Assembly: GCA_019721075.1 (NCBI GenBank)
Contig: JAHEAD010000018.1
Coordinates: forward strand, 1-42,159
Direction of reading: 5' to 3'
DNA length: 42,159 nt
Origin: Candidatus Sysuiplasma jiujiangense
GTDB lineage: Archaea > Thermoplasmatota > Thermoplasmata > Sysuiplasmatales > Sysuiplasmataceae
Shown: in pieces, positions 38,338-42,159 of the stretch
How positions within the stretch are numbered: position 1 is the first letter of the stretch
Layout of the letters: each line of letters opens with the position of its first letter
Notes under the pieces: model-generated
The model's input: the letters and a program-made list of their open reading frames with translations, nothing else
Told to the model about the DNA's origin: nothing
Databases searched by the model: none
Position numbers and translations under genes: made by a program

Positions 38338-39741
38338 TCACCGACTGAATCGACGTAAAGCATCTTCCATTGTGCTTAGTGCCCGATCCAGTGTATCCTT
38401 CTCTATGGTAAGCGGAGGTTCAATCCGCAGGACATGGTCACCATAATTGTAAAGCGGAATAGTTCCGTTCCTGACACATTCGAAGAAAACCTTTCGTGTC
38501 AGACCAGGATCCGGGATCCCGGTCCCTTTGTCCTTTACAATCTCAATGCCAAGACACAATCCGAGTCCTCTCACCTCGCCTATGCTGTCTAATGCTTCGA
38601 GCTCCTTAAGTCTCTTCAGTGCCTCCTTTCCGAGACGTTCGGATTTTTCCACCAGCCGATCGCGTGTCAGCAGCTCAATCGTCTTGATGCCAGCAGCACA
38701 TGCCGCCGGCATGCCTCCAAAAGTAGTTCCGGCTGCGACCGTTTCTCTGCCAAGTGTCTTTTCGGTCCCGAGGACTGCGGAAATCGGCAGAAGACCGCCA
38801 CTGAGTGCCTTGCCTATCACGAGCAAGTCTGGAGAAACATTGAAATGCTCAATGGCCCACATTTTACCTGTCCGGCCCAGGCCTGTCTCGACTTCGTCGG
38901 CAATAAATAACCATCCATGTTCATCACACAGTTTTCGCAGACCCCGGACAAAGTTTGCCGGTGGGATCCAGACACCCGCTTCACATGCAACCGGCTCAAA
39001 TATTACGCCTGCGATCCTGTCTGGAGCGGCAACATATCTCAGAACCTGATTTTCTATGTGCCCCAGAATGTGTTCACCAAACTCGTCTTCGCTCATGCCG
39101 GGATGTCTTCTGTATGGAAACGGGTAGGGCACATGGACCACGCCCCCCTGATATGCTTCCCAGTATCTCCGTTCCGAAGCGCTCAGGGAACCGATAACGC
39201 CGGCCCCTATCGACAGTCCATGATACTGTCCCATGAAACTCAGTATCTGTGGTCTCTTGCTGGTCTCGACGGCGAATTTAACCGCTGCCTCTGCGGCTCC
39301 GGTGCCCGACAGTTCCAGGAATACACGTTTCAAATTACCTGAAGGGCTGATGGAAAGCAGTTTTTTTCCAAGCTCTATCATTGGAACGTGAGGATTCATG
39401 AAATAAATGAGGAAGCCGTACCGTTTCAGTGCGTCGATGGCCGTATCAAGTATTTCCGGGTTCACATTGCCCAAGTTGTTTGTCGCCCACTGGCTCGTGA
39501 GATCTATGAATATGCGGCCGTTGACGTCCCTGACAGTCGATCCGGACGCACCGGAAACAACGATGCTGGCAAGACGTGTGTCATCCCCCCAGAAATATTT
39601 TGGAAAAATATTCTGATACTGCTTCCAGTAGCTGTCAACTCCAACCCGCCTGTTGCTTCGATTCTGCTTCTTTCCGCCCGATATTGTGAATTCTTCGTGA
39701 GCTCTCTCTTCGGTCTCTCCGAACCCCTTTTCCTTTTTCAT
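38338..39741 (-). CDS. Class III PLP aminotransferase (4-aminobutyrate/putrescine aminotransferase-like)
   Basis: DVNGRIFIDL, SGTGAAEAAVK, F.GQYHG, FEPV..EAG, IADEVETGLGRTG, IGKALSGG, TTFGG and LRIEPPL motifs. Alternative ATG at 39759. Confidence 0.87.
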   Translation of the reverse strand: MKKEKGFGETEERAHEEFTISGGKKQNRSNRRVGVDSYWKQYQNIFPKYFWGDDTRLASIVVSGASGSTVRDVNGRIFIDLTSQWATNNLGNVNPEILDTAIDALKRYGFLIYFMNPHVPMIELGKKLLSISPSGNLKRVFLELSGTGAAEAAVKFAVETSKRPQILSFMGQYHGLSIGAGVIGSLSASERRYWEAYQGGVVHVPYPFPYRRHPGMSEDEFGEHILGHIENQVLRYVAAPDRIAGVIFEPVACEAGVWIPPANFVRGLRKLCDEHGWLFIADEVETGLGRTGKMWAIEHFNVSPDLLVIGKALSGGLLPISAVLGTEKTLGRETVAAGTTFGGMPAACAAGIKTIELLTRDRLVEKSERLGKEALKRLKELEALDSIGEVRGLGLCLGIEIVKDKGTGIPDPGLTRKVFFECVRNGTIPLYNYGDHVLRIEPPLTIEKDTLDRALSTMEDALRRFSR

Positions 39742-39776
39742 GTCACTGCATCTCCGCATGATCTGTACGGTCGCTT

Positions 39777-40934
39777 TTATTCTCCTCTGTTTATTTTCAG
39801 TTTAATTCCAAAATCTTCTATTCTCTTAAGGAAGTATTCGGGCTCTATACACGCCTCGGGAGGAATCATCCCGTGCATGGTTATTTTTCCGTTTGCAATC
39901 ATTTCGGCGCCTATTGCAGCGGAAGTTCCGGTGAGGACATGGCCGCCTACGGCTTTCCATTCCTTTCTGGAAAATGCAAGCGCATACGCGTTCCTTCTCA
40001 CAGGCTTTCCATTGCTGATGCCATCGACACTTACCAGCACGCAGCTCACATCCGTAATTTCGCCTGGCGAGTTGCTCGACTGATACCTGCTCAGATAGCT
40101 GGCGAGGAAATCGTATGGGGATATGTTTGTTTCGTCGTTTATCCTGACATTCTTTTTTTCGAGGAGGCCAAGACTCTTCAGTACTGAAAACATTTCATAG
40201 GGTTGTGCAAGCATGAAATCAACATGATCAACAGGCTTGCCAAGGAACTTCGGAAGGGTAATAGGTTCCTCATGAGGAGTGAGATATGTCCTGAGTGTGT
40301 TGATGGGTTCCGGAAAGACCGTGTCTTCCCATCTGCTGAGTGGAGGTTCAAGTTTGAATTCCCCCCTGTCCCATGTCACGGCATCCCATGTCCACTCCTC
40401 CAGGACTCCTCTAACTGTAAATCTGAAGGGATGTTCAACAGTTCCAATGTCTCTGTCTGCATCCCTGATGCGGATAGAATTCACGCTCTCCATATCCTCT
40501 GTGAGCTTCCTTGCGAAAACATTGCTTATGCCCGGATCAACACCAAGCTCCAGTATTATGGTAATGCCTGCATCGATAGCCTCCTGGGTCCTTCCAATCT
40601 GAAGAAGTTCCGAACCCGACATGCTTGAAGAAAGGTCAACCATGTCTGTAGAGGTTCTGACTGCCGCATCTGTCACGATATGATTGAAATCGTCCCAGCT
40701 GCAATTCACAGCAACATCGGCCTTCGTGAGAACCCTGTCTATGTCGTCACTGACCCTGAAATCCAGTTTTCTCCCCGAAATCTTATCGGAACCTATTGAA
40801 CGAATCATCGAATCTATCCGGCGTTCGTCGATGTCAGCTATCAGCACCGTATCGAACGCATTCATGTCAGCCAGTACTCTTGAAACCACGTTACCTATTC
40901 CCCCCGCACCTCCCAAAACTGCAGCAGTAGCCAT
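39777..40934 (-). CDS. Saccharopine-dehydrogenase-fold oxidoreductase #2
   Basis: LGGAGGIG, ADID, MVDLS, LGVDPGISN, PHEEPITLP, LTG and G..PPE motifs. Directly upstream of the aminotransferase. Confidence 0.82.
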   Translation of the reverse strand: MATAAVLGGAGGIGNVVSRVLADMNAFDTVLIADIDERRIDSMIRSIGSDKISGRKLDFRVSDDIDRVLTKADVAVNCSWDDFNHIVTDAAVRTSTDMVDLSSSMSGSELLQIGRTQEAIDAGITIILELGVDPGISNVFARKLTEDMESVNSIRIRDADRDIGTVEHPFRFTVRGVLEEWTWDAVTWDRGEFKLEPPLSRWEDTVFPEPINTLRTYLTPHEEPITLPKFLGKPVDHVDFMLAQPYEMFSVLKSLGLLEKKNVRINDETNISPYDFLASYLSRYQSSNSPGEITDVSCVLVSVDGISNGKPVRRNAYALAFSRKEWKAVGGHVLTGTSAAIGAEMIANGKITMHGMIPPEACIEPEYFLKRIEDFGIKLKINRGE

Positions 40935-41480
40935 AAGAAATCATTCCTGATCGTCCAATGTTCTATCGGCACTATAAGCCATTTTTTATTTATTCTTTGT
41001 CCAGATGACGCGCTGTTTCATATTTTGTATTAAATCGTGCATTTTCTCCAATCTCTGTTGGCAAATATGGCATTTGTTGCATAACAGTCCGCAGACATAG
41101 ACAGCATCCTGAAAATCTGCAAATACAGTAAGCCTTGGGAAGTGTCATGCTCCTTGCAGCAATCCAGTTTCCTGGAGTGCTCTTCAATTCAAAAAATTTT
41201 CATTCAGGCAGCAGAAGATACTCCCTCTGTTTAGATGTTTCAGAACGGTGAGAGGCAAGGCGGCAACGTAAAGCACGAGTGCTCCATTTGATTTCGGAGG
41301 TTTCATAATGAGGTATGCTGATGCTTGAACGGTCAAATCATCTGCAAACTATGCAGTTACATCAGGATTTCTCTTGCGAAAGTTAAAGTTTTGCTTGCAG
41401 TATCCAGCTCCAGACGCCAAAGCAAAATGGGATTTCAACAGTCGATATATTTTAATGCGAGACAGTAATACGCAAAACCA

Positions 41481-42159
41481 GTGAAGCTGTCAGACCGGGC
41501 ACGCAAGAACGGCATAGACTACAGGACGGCCTACAGGCTTTATCGTTCTGGCAGATTTCCAGGACCTACCGGGCAGTTGGCAACGGGAACAAAACTTGTC
41601 CATGAACCTGAGCCGGGACATGCACCTGCGGAAAGGGTTGTGCTGTATGCCCGTGTGTCATCCGCCGACCGGAAGAGCGGCACCGGCAGGCAGATGAAAA
41701 GACTGGAGGACTATGCAGCGGCGCGTGGATCGCACGCCGGTGCGGAAATATCTGAAATCGGTTCGGGGCTCAACAGGCTGAAGAAAGGAAATCTCTCATG
41801 GATGTATGAGATATCCAAGTGTGCACCGCAGGAGGCACTGCGCGATCTCGACAGTGCATTCACCCGGTTCTTTGACGGTAATGCCGATTTCCCGAAATTC
41901 AAGTCGAAAAAGCACGGCTGTGGCTCGTTCAGGCTCACCGGTGCGATGAAGGCACAGGGTTACAGCATACAGCTGCCGTGCATCGGCACGATGAGTCTGA
42001 AGGAGAACGGCTGCCTTCCGGCGGATGGGCACATACCCAGTACGACAGTATCGGAAAGGGGCGGCAGATGGTTTGTATCGCTCGCAGTCATTGAGGAACA
42101 CACAGTACCGGAGAACAGCGGCAGTATTTGCGGTGTGGACCTCGGAGTCAAAAACCTTG
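41481..42159 (+). mobile_element. IS607-family derivative: single open frame fusing N-terminal TnpA to TnpB (partial; absent from ORF track)
   Basis: Manual translation from GTG 41481: MKLSDRARKNGIDYRTAYRLYRSG...VLYARVSSAD...EIGSGLN|RLKKGNLSWMYEISKCAPQEALRDLDSAFTRFF...FPKFKSKK...RWFVSL...GVDLGVKNL. No stop codon up to the window end. Confidence 0.9.

Noticed and set aside
40990..41187. 65-aa ORF in the long intergenic region
   Set aside because: TTG start, no RBS or motif, atypical composition.
1..42159. CRISPR array, tRNA, rRNA or defence system
   Set aside because: No regularly spaced repeats, cloverleaf signatures or recognisable defence genes were seen by eye. tRNAscan-SE and Infernal would be needed to exclude small RNAs.

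Overview
A 42-kb chromosomal segment, most likely from an acidophilic Thermoplasmata-like archaeon. This is inferred from TATA boxes about 25-35 nt before start codons, GGTGA ribosome-binding sites, GTG/TTG starts and a solute-binding protein with 20 N-glycosylation sequons. In order it holds: the 5' part of an IS630 element; a two-subunit hydantoinase/5-oxoprolinase; class II LysRS; a cytoplasmic murein-peptide/D-amino-acid module (dipeptide epimerase, SH3b-NlpC/P60 peptidase, D-aminoacylase); pirin; aguBA; a six-gene hydrogenase-4-like Ehr complex whose large subunit has no NiFe ligands; a convergent pair of half-size heme A synthase-like genes; housekeeping transporters; a large amine-catabolism cluster (two class III aminotransferases, aminobutyraldehyde dehydrogenase, two saccharopine-dehydrogenase-fold enzymes, S9 peptidase, incomplete Dpp-type ABC transporter); two IS607 derivatives with tnpA joined in frame to tnpB; and two orphan IS200/IS605-type end hairpins. 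No rRNA, tRNA or CRISPR array was seen. All product calls come from motif recognition by eye; no database searches were run.
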